Part shown: positions 41,990 through 60,463 of the stretch, one piece after another | How the letters are laid out: each line of letters opens with the position of its first letter | Position numbering within the stretch: the first letter of the stretch is position 1 | NCBI RefSeq assembly: GCF_009914755.1 | Contig: NC_060926.1 | Length of the DNA: 64,000 nt | Direction: 5' to 3' (one strand) | From: the human T2T-CHM13v2.0 reference genome, Homo sapiens | The notes under the pieces: generated by a model | Database searches by the model: none | Told to the model about the DNA's origin: nothing | Seen by the model: only the letters and a program-made list of their open reading frames with translations | Translations under genes and position numbers: made by a program

Positions 41990-43027
41990 CTACATGCAAA
42001 CATAAACTACATTATTATAATATTATCAACAATATGTTAAATTCTTTCTGTTGATTATATTAGTTAATACTTAAATAAGCCTATGTGGTAGAAGCAGACC
42101 TAAGGTATAGAATGCATAAGCAATTCTATAAAATAAAAAAAAGGTCCTACAGCTAGTAAGTGGTGCAGCCAGGATTTACTAACCTGTATTCTTAACCTCT
42201 AGATTATATAGACTAAGAAAAATGCTGATCTTCCATTCAAAACAAAAATTTCCGTATTTTATATTGTGGTAAGATTGATAGTATGGTATTAAGATTCAAC
42301 AGCATTTAACACAACAACATCTACTAAAGAGTGAAAAGAAAAATGTCTCCTTTTATGACAATCTCTTTTCTCCTCTGAGAATCATTTCTTTTCTGTTTCA
42401 TTAAAAAAAGGAAAAGGTACCACCACAGGAAATGTTTCATCCCATAAAGCTCCAGCTAGTCCAAAGTCTCCTTGGCCAGCTGCCCCAGCTGTGCAATTGG
42501 AAGACATTAGACTTTAGGGAATTCACAGTTCTCCTGTTCACCTAACATTAAATGGTTCCAACATTTCATTCACTCAGAGATTGCTCTCCAACCTACAGTA
42601 GCTTTTTCCACCTCTGGACATCCTTTGTCAGGTCTCTATTGTCTCATTGTAGAGTCAGCAAATAGTCAACAGCCTTCTCAGGTATGTCATTTTTAAACAC
42701 AACTGACGTTGGCAACTCAGCCCAAGGTCTCACCTTAGAGACAGAAGCTGTCATAGGAAGAGGTCCAGCCCTGTGGCATGAGTAAGGCGCTAGAATCTCT
42801 TAGCCTCTGATTCCTCATTGGTTAGGCAGGATTCATCATCTCATCTTTGTCTGCTTTCCTGGGTTGATGTGCAGAAACCATAAGACAGTGCTTGGGAAAG
42901 TGCTGTGAAAACTACAGGACCCTGTTCATGGTAAGAAACAACAATTGGGACCCATCTAGTGTGTGGTGTGAAAACAACACTGTCTGGGACTCAGGAGTCT
43001 TTGTTTCACACAAAAATCTAGGAATGA

Positions 43028-43320
<293 letters not shown>

Positions 43321-44163
43321 AAAATCTAAGAATATGTGCTTCTCTCATTTTGTTGTGTGGCATCATTTAAGATCTCATTCCCTCTTGGTTTTCCCTCACA
43401 CTATCCTCCTTCCCTCATCAGACACTTTCACTGCCAAAGCCAGGGCACCAGGCGTTTGAACTTGCCTTCCCACACTTCATTCTCCTTCATGGATTCTCTG
43501 CCAGGACTCCCACCTAACTCTTCTCCTCTTTCACAGTAGTAGATGTATCTATGATTGAGGCCATAGAATGGGGCATTTATTTTCCATACCAGGTCTTCCT
43601 GACTCTCGCCCCTGCCTCCTCAAGAAGCTTCAGATCTCTCCCTCCATCCTCCCTCAGTCATTCCGAGGGCATTCATTGGATGCCTCCAATGTGCCTGACC
43701 CTGTGCTAGGAACAAGGAAACAAAGTTGAGCAAGACACAAACTCCTCAAAGAACTTATAGTCTAGTGGGAGGGACAGATGACTAACTCGACAAGTAAGTA
43801 GATTGATAATGACTGATGATCAACGCTATGATGGAGGGAACACCTTGGAGGAGCACCTAACCCAGTCTGGGGCACTGGCGAGGGAAGGTATTGCACAGGA
43901 GGAGTCAGGTGGGTTGACTCTTAAGGAGTAGGTAGGAGTTGGCTAGAGGAAGGAGGAGGAAAGGGGTTTCCCAGGCTGAGGGAACAGCATGCACACAGAA
44001 GCATGAGTGAGCATGGCCCTTGGAAAAAGATGCACAAGTAATGGCTGAGTATAGGCTGCATTTGAGAGAGTTCTGGAAAATAAGATATAGAGATTTAGGC
44101 AGAAATAAATCAAATTATGAAGGGTGTCATTTGCTAAGCAGAGAAGCCATGGGGAACCACTGA

Positions 44164-44489
<326 letters not shown>

Positions 44490-44658
44490 GCAGATTTGTG
44501 TTTTAGAAGGTCACAATGGCAGTTTTCAGAAGGGCAGATTGAAAAAGTCCTGACTAGAGGCATGAAGACCAGTTAGGAGAGGCAAGAAATGAAGAGAATC
44601 TCACTTAAGTCAGCAACCTTGAGAATAAAGAGAAAGGTGGACTGAAAAATATAGAATA

Positions 44659-44955
44659 GGCCGGGCGCAGTGGCTCATGCCTGTAATCCCAGCGCTTTGG
44701 GAGGCCAAGGCGGGTGAATCACTTGAGGCCAGGAGTTTGAGATCAGCCTGGCCAACATGGCGAAACCCCATCTCTACTAAAAATACAAAAATTAGCCGGA
44801 TGTGGTGGTGCATGCCTGTAATCCCAGCTGCTCAGGGGGCCGAGGCAAGACAATCTCTTGAACCTGGGAGGCAGAGGTGTCAATGACCCGAGATCGCACC
44901 ACTTCTTCTCCAACCTGGGTGACAGAGCAAGACTCCGTCTCAAAAAAATAAAAAA
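44659..44955 (+). mobile_element. AluS (Sz/Sx)
   Basis: Full dimer; TSD AAAAATA(T/C)AGAA. Confidence 0.95.
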
Positions 44956-46233
44956 AAATACAGAACAGAGAGACGCGCTAGGACTTCCTGACTAATTACT
45001 CATGGCATGGGGTGTAATTGGAGGGGGGCAGTGAGAGGAAGGGGCCTTGGGAGGGTGAACCTTAGCTTTCTGGCTTTGATGTCCGGGTGAATGGAGGGGC
45101 CATCACATGCAGAGCCTGGCATGAAAAATGAGATTGTTTTTGCACACATCGGTAGTGGGGATTAGGTCAAGTGAAAGCAGTCAAACACAAAGACCATACA
45201 CCACGGGATTCCATTTTTCTAAAGTTCTAGAAAAGGCAAAACATCATAGCGACAGAAAGCAGACGTCAGTGCATGTCAGGGACTAGGTTAGGGGTGGGGG
45301 AGGGGACCAACTGCAAAGGAGTAGGAGGAAGCTTTTTGAGGTGCGAGAACACTGAAAGCCAAGGCCAAGATGTGAAAAAGAAATTTTACAGAGTGAGAGA
45401 CAGTGCATTTTTCTGAGACCAATATCTTGATTGAGGTGGCAGTTACGTGACTATATATTATACAGTCACCAAAATTTGTGAAACTATACACCTAAAATGA
45501 ATGAATTTTATTGTATATAAATACCTCAATAAAGCTGCTTTCTAAAACAATGTCCTTCAGGACACCCAAGTAGAGATGGCAATGCACAAAGGCCTGAATA
45601 TAAGATGTGGATTTGGAACCAATGGGTGAGTAGATTGTGCAGAGTTGAAGAACAGAGACCAAGGACAGCAGCATAGGAAATGATGACATTTAAGGGGAAA
45701 GAATATGGGGGAACCAGAGAACTAGCAAATATATCAGGAGAAAATAGTGAACAAAAGTTCAGGGAGAATTTTTAAAACAGGAGAGTAATCAACAGTTGAT
45801 GCCCCTAGAGAGCTCCAGAAAGATAAAAGCTAAACTGCAGCAGCCATTGGCTTTGTGGAGCTGGAGGACTTTGGTGGAGTAAAGTCAGAAATTTCCCTCT
45901 TCCTCGTGCTGCTGTTAGAATAACTAGGTCACCCCGAGGCAACACTTTTAAAACATTTTTTTAGCAGCAAAATCTTGGGGAGAGTGGTGGAAGGGGACTT
46001 GACATAACCAGTCCCAAATGTGCTGATTCTAAAAATTTGCTGACTTTTAGTCCTGAAATTCATCTTATGAACATTTTGGCCATAGATACATACCTTTCTG
46101 GTCATATGTTGGTTAGGCAAAAATTAAAATAAATTAGGATGGCACAAGCACCTTCCACCTGAAAGCAAAGGCCTGAATGAATGCTGTCTGATGACTCCAA
46201 GTGTTGCTGCCAAGAATTTTAAGAATGTAGGGA

Positions 46234-46533
<300 letters not shown>

Positions 46534-46958
46534 AGAAGGCAGGGGACACATACTGGAAATTGAGACTGTCCACGCTCACTGCCGAGAAGCAAGGCTGAGG
46601 AAAGGAAATCTACAGAGCTGGAGGTACCACACAATTTTGAGTCCAAGAGCGACACCCAGTGGTGATTGAGATCACTCCAGGCTCTCCACAACCGTTTTGT
46701 ATTCAGGGCACTGAAGAGGGATGGACTCCTTGGTATCACACAGCCAGGGCAGCGTTTGGGCTTCCCAGGTCAGGAGGGCAAGCTAGGCTGCAGAATGGAG
46801 TAAGGTGACCATGGGAGAAATAGCCAAACCCTGTGAAACAGAACTGGCTCGCTCTTCCCATGATGAGACCTGAAAAAAGAGAGAGGTTGACTGTCTCTAA
46901 AGTACTTTCATATTTATTACCTCAGTTGATGCTCAAGACAACCTCATATGGCCAGTAG

Positions 46959-47310
<352 letters not shown>

Positions 47311-49034
47311 TTAAGATATTTATTAACAAATCCAGGTCTCAGGATGTCTTAGATATGGGGGTGGGTATCTAGAGTCCCAGATCGGGAGCCCCAAATATAA
47401 AATAAGACCCAGCCTCCAGGCTGGCCACGGCAGCTCAGGGAGTACTCACACCTGGAACAGACCACCTCTGCTAAGATGGCAGTGCAAAAGCCTTTCTACA
47501 CAAATCTCCTTTCCAAAAATAATGGAAAACAGAGAAGAAAATCCACCTTCAGGGAAACTACGAAACAACCAAAACCCTGAAGCCCAGTTGATGGGGAGTA
47601 ACTGCCATTTGGGCCAAGTCGACAGAGCAGGCAGGGATTAGCCAAGTCCCTCTCTAGCCCTTGGGTGGTGCATATTTCTGCAGAAGTCAGCACACAGGCC
47701 AACCGGCAACCGTGAGCTTGGCAGTGAAGGAGAAGCATCTCAGAACTCACTCACGCCCACTGAGGCAGGGGAGGTGGGAAGTAGGCCGAAGGAGAAAACT
47801 TGACAAAAAACTAGATGTTGGTGACACCAGGTAGCAAACCAGCAAAGAGCTCTGCCACTTCTGATCAAAGACAGGGGGAAAGAAGTAAATGCTAAAACAC
47901 TATCCAAAAAACCTGTGACGATACAGGATTTTATGCTGAGTAAGCAGACTTGCTGCTCACTCCAAAAATAGGAATGCGGAAAGTGGAAAGCCTGAAGCAG
48001 AGATATACCCTCTGCAGAAGACAGAGCAGAGCTTGGGGAAAAGTATTTTGAGGACTGTACTTCTGGCAAAAAGGTGGCCAGATATTGCCAGGGTGGGTGG
48101 TGAGGGAGAGGAACTTGTGCTATAAATATCTAAAAGTACAAGATAGACAACCTTTTTTTTTTTAATGCATAGCTTGGCTCAGAAGAAAGTAAGAGAAATC
48201 CACAAGTTCTGAAAGTGAAGAGGGAAACCGAGAGACAGACAGCCCTCCCTGCGGGTGTCTCAGTCTTGGACTGACTTGTCCTGTTGACTTACTTTTTCTT
48301 CTGGTAGTCATTACAAGTTTTCTTTTAAACTACATTGCATAAAATGTTTGTTGGCACCAGTTTGCTAACATATGCTAAGATCAACAGCTTGCCAGACCTG
48401 ACCACAAGCTGCGGAGGAGGGCTGATAGCTCATACTAGCCCTCCGATGTGTGCCTACCGTGTGCTAAGCTCCGTGCACAGACATATTTGGTGCTCATCAC
48501 AATCCCACGGGGAGTGGGGAAGGATTATCTGTACTTTACAGGTGAGGAAATTGGGGCTCCTGGAGGCCAGGCCACTTGCTCAAGGCCACTTAGTGGACTG
48601 GCAGTGCCAGGCAGCCAGCACTGGGTGCTCCAGAGCCCACAAATGCTCCTGTTTGCCAGCCCCAGTAAGCATTTCCCTGGCATTTCTAAAACACAGGCAC
48701 CTCGGTTCAGAGGGAGGGGATAATCTGGTGACATGAAAATGAAGAAGGACCTAAAAGGAGACCAATGAGAGAACCTCAGGTTACCCTACTTTAACATCTA
48801 GGGTCTTCTGCCCAGAGCCTGGAAGCCCGACGTTAACAGTCTCATGAAAGATCCAAGGCACTGAGAGACCCAAGGTGGAGGATGGGACGTGAGACCTCTA
48901 CCTGAATCCACGATCTCTGAGGAGTTACGCCCTGAAGAGTGGTGACTGTGAGGAAGTGTCAATGTAGAGGCTGACTGGGAAACTTGTCTGTCTCAGGCTA
49001 CAGGTTGTGGTTAAAAAAATTAATAAATAAATAA

Positions 49035-49268
49035 AGCCAGGCGTGGTGCTCACACCTGTAATCCCAGTAGTTTGGGAGGCAGAGGAGGGCAGATTGCTCG
49101 AGCCCAGGAGTTCGAGGCCAGCCTGGGCAACATGGTGAGACACCCATCTCTACAAAAATGGGAGGAATGCTTGAGCCCAGGAGGACAAAGCTTCAGTAAG
49201 CTGTGTTTGCACCACTGCACTCCAGCCTGGGCATCAGAGTGAGACCCTCTCTCAAAAAAAAAAAAAAA
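49035..49268 (+). mobile_element. AluJ with internal deletion at the start of the right monomer
   Basis: TCTACAAAAA joins directly to TGGGAGGAATGCTTGAGCC near 49158. Confidence 0.9.
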
Positions 49269-49589
49269 GCTTCCTGGAAATTTATAAGCACAAGCCTTCC
49301 TTCCCATAGAAGGGGTTTGAAAATATACTGCTTCTACATAAGGAACCCCAAAGAAAAATTAATCTCAAGTGCTTCTCACTCAGAATCACCCTGGGTACCT
49401 GGAAGATGCAAATGTGAAATTGCTGCGAATTCTCAGGATTCCCAGTCAGCAAAATATCATCAAATCAAAAACTGCCAAAACCACGAGGAAACAAACACCA
49501 CGAAAAGATGAACAAGAAAGCAAAGAGTAACATCCCAAATGACTCAGGTATTAAAATGATCAGATACAGAAGATAACTAAGTAAAAATA

Positions 49590-50410
<821 letters not shown>

Positions 50411-51461
50411 ACCATGTGCACACATTTAATGAAATAGGAAATGGAAATTATGTTCCAACCTATAAAAAGGGATTAAGAATATTTTGAAATGATCTGAAAA
50501 GAAATTCTAGAAATAAAAACATAATCATTGTTTTCAAAAGCTGCATAGGTTCTGCTTCAAACTATGGCCTGCACAAGACCAAGTTTCGATTAAGAACATC
50601 TCTTTTTAAAAAAAGGAGAACATATTTCTTGTTTTAAAAGATGTTTTCGAACATCAGAAAGCTACCAAAACAGTGCAACATTGAACCTGGACCTCAAAGA
50701 GAAGGGAAGTATAGAGATGTGAGCGAAACTCTTAAATGCTTTTTCCTCCCAAGGTGTTGCTAAAAGCGGCCAGCTGAGAATATGGGAAGTTCGGAAGAAA
50801 ATGGCAACAAAGATGCTGAGAGGCTAAGAAAGCTTTTGGTAGTATTAAGGGCTAGAGAGAGACAAACTGGAGCACAGGACCCTGTTAGGTATCCCCAGGT
50901 CTTCCAGTAGGAGCTAGCAGGGAGTGACAGGGACAGCCCTTACAGAGAGAGATCAAAACCAGTGTCAAACCAACTGCATCTCAAAATGGATTAAATCTTT
51001 GCTAGCACAGCCAAGTGGCTGAGGCAAAAGTGGATGGTGTTTGGAGGAAGGTATCATCCAGTGCCCCAAATTATCTTTCCAATTCTTCAAGCACAATGTC
51101 TCTTGTTGAATCAAAAACCAGGCAAGGGCTCCAGAAGACACCCAAGGCAAAGAGAAGCACAGTTTTCCCCACACCAATGCCTACCCTGGCTCTCCCAGCA
51201 CCACCCATGCCAAGAGGGTTCCAACTGCCTGCAAGGGACTCTATCATAAATGGAAACATAAAGGGAAACTTACAATTTAAACGTGGAAAAGGGGACATGA
51301 AGGATATCAGGCATCCCTCCTACATGCAGATCCAAGAAGAGAAAAATGTGGCAAAAGACCCCTCATTTAGTTTTGTGACAATATCTACATAAAATCCAGA
51401 TGTCAGGATCAGCCTCCTGGACTGAGAGAGTGACACTCCAGGAGAGAAAAGAACTCCATTA

Positions 51462-52170
<709 letters not shown>

Positions 52171-52859
52171 TAAACGGAAAGAGACCTGCTTAAAAAACCA
52201 TGATTGTTTCCCAGGGATGATTTTCCATTCTCAACACAATAATGTAAATTTAACTACCATTATTTCACTCAATGGCTATCCTTTAGACGCATTGTGTCTG
52301 CCCATCTTGGAAGAAGATAAGGATTGGATTCCAGCAATCACAACTAAAGAAATCTTATTAGGAATACAGAAATTTCTAAATGAACCAAATATATAAAATC
52401 AAATTGTGTAGAAGATTTGGGAAACTACTGCCAAAACAGAGTACGAAAAAAAATTTTGAGTACTAGCCAAGAATTTTGATCCCTTCTACATGCGGATCAA
52501 TGACATCTTAAAAAGGAATTGATACCTTGGGTAAGAGCTTGCCCAGAAAATGTCTGCAATGTCTCATTTTACATCTACAAATGCTATTAACCCAGTGGAA
52601 GGCTTGCATTCATGCCATGCCTTCATTTTTGTGATGTGTACACAGTTCTAAATTTGCTGAATTGCCCCCTTCATTTTCTCATGCATAGCTTCTTCCTTGA
52701 CTCATTTCTAATTTGGGTTGTTATGTAAAACTTGTTTTTATTTAATATTATTGTCAGCATTTCAACTGCTGTAAAGCCATGTATTTTAATACTGTAAATA
52801 CCCTACTACTTGGTTTCCTTTGCTCTCTGATTATTCCAGTTGTTAGGCTAAGTCTTCTG

Positions 52860-53810
<951 letters not shown>

Positions 53811-53812
53811 CT

Positions 53813-54129
53813 GTAGCCATTAAAAAAGGATGAGTTCATGTCCTTTGTAGGGACATGGATGAAGCTGGAAACCATCATTCTGAGCAAACTATTACAAGGA
53901 CAGAAAACTAAACACCGCATGTTCTCACTCATAGGTGGGAATTGAACCAGGGCCTCTCGTGGGGTGAGGAGAGGGGAGGGATAGCATTAGGAGATATACC
54001 TAATGTAAATGACCAGTAAACGGGTGCAGCACACCAACATGGCACATGTATACATATGTAACAAACCTGCACGCTGTGCACATGTACCCTAGAACTTAAA
54101 GTATAATAATAATAAATAAATAAATAAAT
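53813..54129 (+). mobile_element. 5'-truncated L1PA (L1PA5/6-like) 3' end
   Basis: GGATGAGTTCATGTCCTTTGTAGGGACATGG...CCCTAGAACTTAAAGTATAATAA; 19-bp TSD AAATAACTGGCATA(T/C)CTCT at 53794-53812 and 54130-54148. Confidence 0.95.
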
Positions 54130-54194
54130 AAATAACTGGCATACCTCTCCAATCAATTAGATCTTCTTTGAAGTTGCCACAGTTTTGTAGCCTA

Positions 54195-54534
54195 CAGTGG
54201 TGGTCCCCAACCCCCTAAAGACCAGTACTGGTCCATGGCCTGCTAGGAACCGAGCTGCACAGCAGAAGACGAGCAAGCATTACTGTCTGAGCTCTGCCTC
54301 CTGTCAGATCAACGGCAGCATTAGATTCTCACAGAAGCGAGAACCCTGTTGGAAACTGTGCATGCAAGGGATCTAGGTTGTGTGCTCCTTATGAGAATCT
54401 AATACCTAACGATCTGAGGTGAAACAGTTTCATCCCAAAAAACCAACCCCCACCCCCAATCCCATGCCCCAGTCCCTGGAAAAATTGTCTTCCACAAAAC
54501 CAGTCCCTGGTGCTCAAAAGGTTGGGGACTGCTA
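54195..54534. mobile_element. MER1B hAT-Charlie MITE
   Basis: TIRs GGTCCCCAACC / GGTTGGGGACT; GCATTAGATTCTCA, CTCCTTATGAGAATCTAAT. Confidence 0.88.
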
Positions 54535-54715
54535 GAGTACGGCATACAACTCTTGCACATATTTTGATAGATTTAAATTGAATTATTTCATGTATTGGTG
54601 CTATTTTAAATGATACTTCAAAAATGAGTTAAAGAATTGGAGGACTCATAATTGCTAATATGTCAATCTCCCCAAATCGATCCATTAATTCAATACAATG
54701 AAAATCAAACTCTTC

Positions 54716-55028
54716 AGCCAGCCATGGTGATGGGTCACGCCTGTAATCCCAGCACGTTGGGAGGCCGAGGCAGGCAGATCTCTGGTGCTCAGGAGTTCGA
54801 GACCAGCCTGAGAAACATGGTAAAATCCCGTCTCTATTATTAATAAAAATACAAAAATTAGCCAGGCGTGGTGGTGTGCGCCTGTAGTCCCCGTTACTCA
54901 GGAGGCTGAGGTGGGAGGACCACGTGAGCCCAGGAGGTCAAGGCTGCAGTGAGCTGTGATCACACCACTGCACTCCAGCCTGGCTGACAGAGCAAGACCC
55001 TGTCTCAAAAACAAAAGCAAAAACAAAA
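54716..55028 (+). mobile_element. AluJ-like
   Basis: TSD AAACTCTTCA; GTCAAGGCTGCAGTGAGCTGTGATC. Confidence 0.92.
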
Positions 55029-55854
55029 TGAAACTCTTCATAGGCTTTTAAAAATAGAAATCGATAGGCTTATTCTAACACTTATATAGAAAGGCAAGAG
55101 AATCAAATTAGCCAAAACAACTTAGGAACACTACCTGATCTCAAAGCTTAATATAAAGCTATAGTAATCAAGACAGTGGGGTATTAGTGAAAAGATAGAC
55201 ATAGATCAGTGAAACAGAATAGGGAGACACAATAGACTCTCCTGTATATGATGGAATGATTTCCAACAAAGATGTCAAGGCAATCCAATAGGGAAAAGGT
55301 AGCCATTTCAACAAATGGTGCTGGAGCAACTGGACCTCCATGTACAAAAATAGAAAAAATTTGACCCATGTCTAACACGATCTACATTTTCAAATAAATA
55401 AATACTAAGAGTGCTTATCATCAACTATCTTCACTAAAGAAACTGCTAAAGATACTCCAGAAGAAGAAACTGTTTGTGTTACCAAAAGAAAAAGTGAGAA
55501 AAGAAGCTGACAAATGTGGGTAAATCTTCACAAATTATCTGTGTAAAGCAATAGTAAAAATATCTAATTTGCAGTGTTTAAAATGACAAAAAATTCTACA
55601 TAAAACATCTATCATGGGAACAGGCAGTTGGAATTAAGGACAAATATCTTTGTATTTTTCAGAAGAATGATAAAAATGTTTAATACTTTTAAATTATAAG
55701 TTATATATGTATATTAAAATATAAAGAGCAACTGTTAAAAATTAAACAACTAAAAATAAAAAACAAAATGTACAATTTCTAAAACAGTATAGACAAATAG
55801 AACTAAACAAAAAGTAAATTAATCCTAAAATAGGTTAAAAAAAAGGAGAGGAGA

Positions 55855-56256
<402 letters not shown>

Positions 56257-56315
56257 TCAGGAGTTAAAAGAAAGAGATTGTCATTTTGGATGACAAACAA
56301 AATCCAACAGTATGC

Positions 56316-56463
56316 TTTTGTTTGTTTGTTTGTTTGTTTGTTTGTTTAGAGATGGGGTCTTACTACGTTGACCGAGCTGGTCTCAAACTCCTGGCTTCAA
56401 GCGATCCTCCCATCTCAGCCTCCCAAGTGCTGGGATTACAGGTGTGAGCCACTGCACCCACCC
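56316..56463 (-). mobile_element. FLAM / left Alu monomer with (TTTG)n tail
   Basis: Monomer only; flanks GTATGCT on both sides. Confidence 0.88.
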
Positions 56464-57501
56464 TGTATGCTATTTTTAAGACACACCTAAAATATAAGAA
56501 CACAGACAATTTGAAAGTAAAAGATTGGGAACAGATAAGCTATGCATATATTAATGATAGAACTGATACGTAGCTCTAGGTTAACATCAGTGAAAATACA
56601 ATCTAACAGATAAAAAGCATTATCAGAGATTTTTTAAAAGGTAACTTATCCAGTGATAAAATTTCCAATTATCAGAAAAACAGAACAATTCTGCATTTGT
56701 ATGTAACTAATAACCTTTCTTTAAAATATATCAAACAAAAATTGACTGAATTAATAAACTCTGCATCATAGTGAGATCTCTTAACGCATGTTTCTCAGTT
56801 ACTGAAAAAGATGGAACAGCCAAATATAAGTAAAGTTATAGAAAATTTGAACAATACATTAATAAGCTTAATCGAATGGACATTTATAAAAATGCTTTCC
56901 CCAACAATTAGAAAATAGACATTCTTTTCAATCTCATGTGGAACTATTACAAAAATTGACCACATATTATGGAGGCCATAAAGCCAGTCTCTATAAATTT
57001 CAAAGAATATCTATGAAATAGTTCACATTTTCTGATTACAAGGCAATTAATTCAAAACTCAAAATGCAAATAAAAAACACTTTAAAATGTACATTACCAG
57101 AGTATCTAATATCTCCAATGGAGCATGAGCTCAGAGGCAAAAATAACCAGACAAGTGAGAGTTACAAGTATCTCAAAAGAAAGTCAACAAACTGAAGAAA
57201 TATATACTCATCTGAAACACAAATGTTGGAACACACGAGCTAAGGGTTTTTTTAAAAACTAAGCATAAAAGTAATAAGACATGTAAGGATGTTAGTAATG
57301 CAAAACAGTAATTGAAAATAAGAAGGAACACTGTAGAAGTATTAGATTTGATTATCACAACAGTTGAAATAAAAATTAAAATAGATGGGTTAAATAGAAG
57401 AATAGATTGAGCTGAAAAATGAACCAGCGAATTTAAAAAGTAGATCGAGATAAAAGCAGACAAAAATAAAGGAGATAGAAGTTGTGTGGGGTTTCTTTTC
57501 C

Positions 57502-58046
<545 letters not shown>

Positions 58047-59883
58047 TAATGAAGACCTAAGAAGTGTTCAGGAAATGGAGAATTGCAGAAGCAATGCCTG
58101 GAGTGAAGGCAAGGAGGTAAGGTAGCATGCCAGAGATGGCCAAATTTAGGAGGCTGAAATGTAAATTGCAGAAGCAGGAAGGATGACCGAGCATGAGGGT
58201 GCAGGTACAGGAGGGTAGACGTGGCGGTGGGTGCTGTGGAAGTTCTCTGCTAGTCACTTTCATTGTCTCATAGAAATAGAAAGCAAGGTCTTTCAGTGTA
58301 TGAGTGGAGGAGGTAGTGTTACAGGTTAGATCAGGGAGCTTAAAAAATATAGAAAACATTTGTAAAATATCACCTACAAAAGTGAGAATGAATGGATTAT
58401 GGAAACAGGATGGGATTACTGAGCAGGAGTAACTGTTCCACTGAAGTTTGTAGTAATGAATTTACAGTGAGACCAACCAGCATCATTTTGTGTATTTTTC
58501 CTGCCACCTTTGGCTATGTGAATATAGGCACAAGAGACAGAGGAGTATATATCACTAAGGCTCAAGCTTCGCCCTGAGAATACTACAAAGCAAAAGAAGA
58601 GCAAAATATCTGAGTGTATGCAAGAGAGTGAGGACTATGAGAAGCATGAAGCGGGAGAATGATGGGAGGGACGGGAGAGGCAGGATCTGTGCACTTGGGG
58701 TTACTTGGGGGTTGAAGGGTTGTCTGAAGTTGGGGATTGCAGGAAACCTGCTGGCGAGTTGGGGTGTGGTGGCCAAAGAGCAGAATGCCTGGACACTGAA
58801 ATTAAGGAAGATTTGCAGCATGGCCATAGAGTGAGTAGCTGAGGTTGGGTAGAGAACAAAAAGTAATGAAAGGAAATTGAAATAACATATTACTAAATAA
58901 GCCTTTGTTTAAGAATAGAGACTTCCATTTCTAGAAAATAGGATGTAATATAGGCTGGGTTTATCCTCCCACCTGAAACAATGAAAATCCAGATGGAACA
59001 AATGAAAATAATTATGTCATGATAGTGGACATCAGAAAATAAAGGCCAGTGATTGACCCCCGAGATGAGACCTATGATTGTCCCACCTTACTGCCTTGGG
59101 AGAATGTCCAGGCAGAAACCAAAAAGAGGGCATCCAGGCAGTGCACAGAGGATTTCTTGAGTTGAGGAGACAAAACTCAGAGAATTTGGGGAGAACAATG
59201 CAGCCAGCGTTTACAAGACAAACTACTGGAGAAGAGAGAGCTGTGTGGAGATAAAACTGTGGGAGACCTTCAAGGGTATCCCCCTTGAGTACTCAGCAGA
59301 GAACTGACCAGTGCATGCAGGGAGGAAACCACCTAAGGCTGGGGAGGGAATCACCTAGAAGGATTAGAACGAACAGTACCCAGCACTCACATAGGGCTGG
59401 GAATAGTGCCTGTTCCCTCCGGCCTGATTCCCAGTGCCCGTTCCCTCCAGAAAACCTCATAATTCACAGGCTAAAGCCTGTGAGGCAGAGTACTCAGGAG
59501 AACCTTGCCTCAGTAGTGAGGCATAACTAGTCCTGTATTCAGCATGGCTCTTATACCACCTACAAATCTCAGTTCCCGTCATAGAAGACATGACCTGCTT
59601 CTTCTCCAAAGTAAACAAACACCACCCTGTGAGAATAGAGCCTGAGGAGAAGCTGCTCTTGTTCACATTCTGCCCATTTAACACATTCATCCAGGCTCCA
59701 GGCATTTCCTACAGGAGAAAATCTCAGCTCCATCCTCTCAAAGAACAATGCAGAGACAATTACTGAATGCTGAGGAAAGATACTTCATTTGCAATCGGGC
59801 ATCAGGCAGGGAAGTGGGGCTTTCAAGAATGCCTGTGATTCCAGGGCAAAGAGAGAACGCTGTATTCTATTCGTAGCTCAAAT

Positions 59884-60161
59884 GTATTATTATTAATTAT
59901 TATTATTATTATTGAAATGGAGTCTCGGCTCACTGCATCCTCTGCCTCCCGGGTTCAAGCAATTCTCTCTGCCTCAGCCTCCTTAGTAGCTGGGATTACA
60001 GGCACCTGCCACCAAGTCCAGCTGATTTTTTTTGTATTTTTAGTGGAGATGGGGTTTTGCCACGTTGGCCAGGCTGGTCTCGAACTCCTGACCTCACGTG
60101 ATGCGCCCACCTCAGCCTCCCAAAGTGCTGGGATTACAGGCGTGAGCCACCGCGCCCAGCC
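59884..60161 (-). mobile_element. AluS with small internal deletion
   Basis: TSD CGTAGCTCAAAT at 59872-59883 and 60162-60173; GAGTCTCG joins directly to GCTCACTGC. Confidence 0.93.
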
Positions 60162-60463
60162 CGTAGCTCAAATTATTACACAGCAGTCAACAATTTTGAT
60201 TCTATAATGCTCGGATCCTTTTGACAAAATGTAAATACCTCTGCTTATCTCAGGATGTATAGTGTTTAGGGTGATCCCGTAAGCTATGGCTTCTCTGTTA
60301 AAATGCAACGCTTTAAGAAATCTAAATCTTTCCTTCCTACAAGGTGTAGAGATATATGCCAAGTGAAACAGGACTAGACTGTGCTAATGGCAAAAAAAGG
60401 TAGGTCTAGTTTTTCAAAACCAAAGATCCATAGACAAGCAATAATTTAAAAGGGGAAAAAAAG

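Noticed and set aside
58915-59560. Possible old L1/HAL1 5' regions (also about 20130-20960 and 31545-32100)
   Set aside because: The resemblance is too weak to name a family or fix boundaries by eye, so they are not listed as features.
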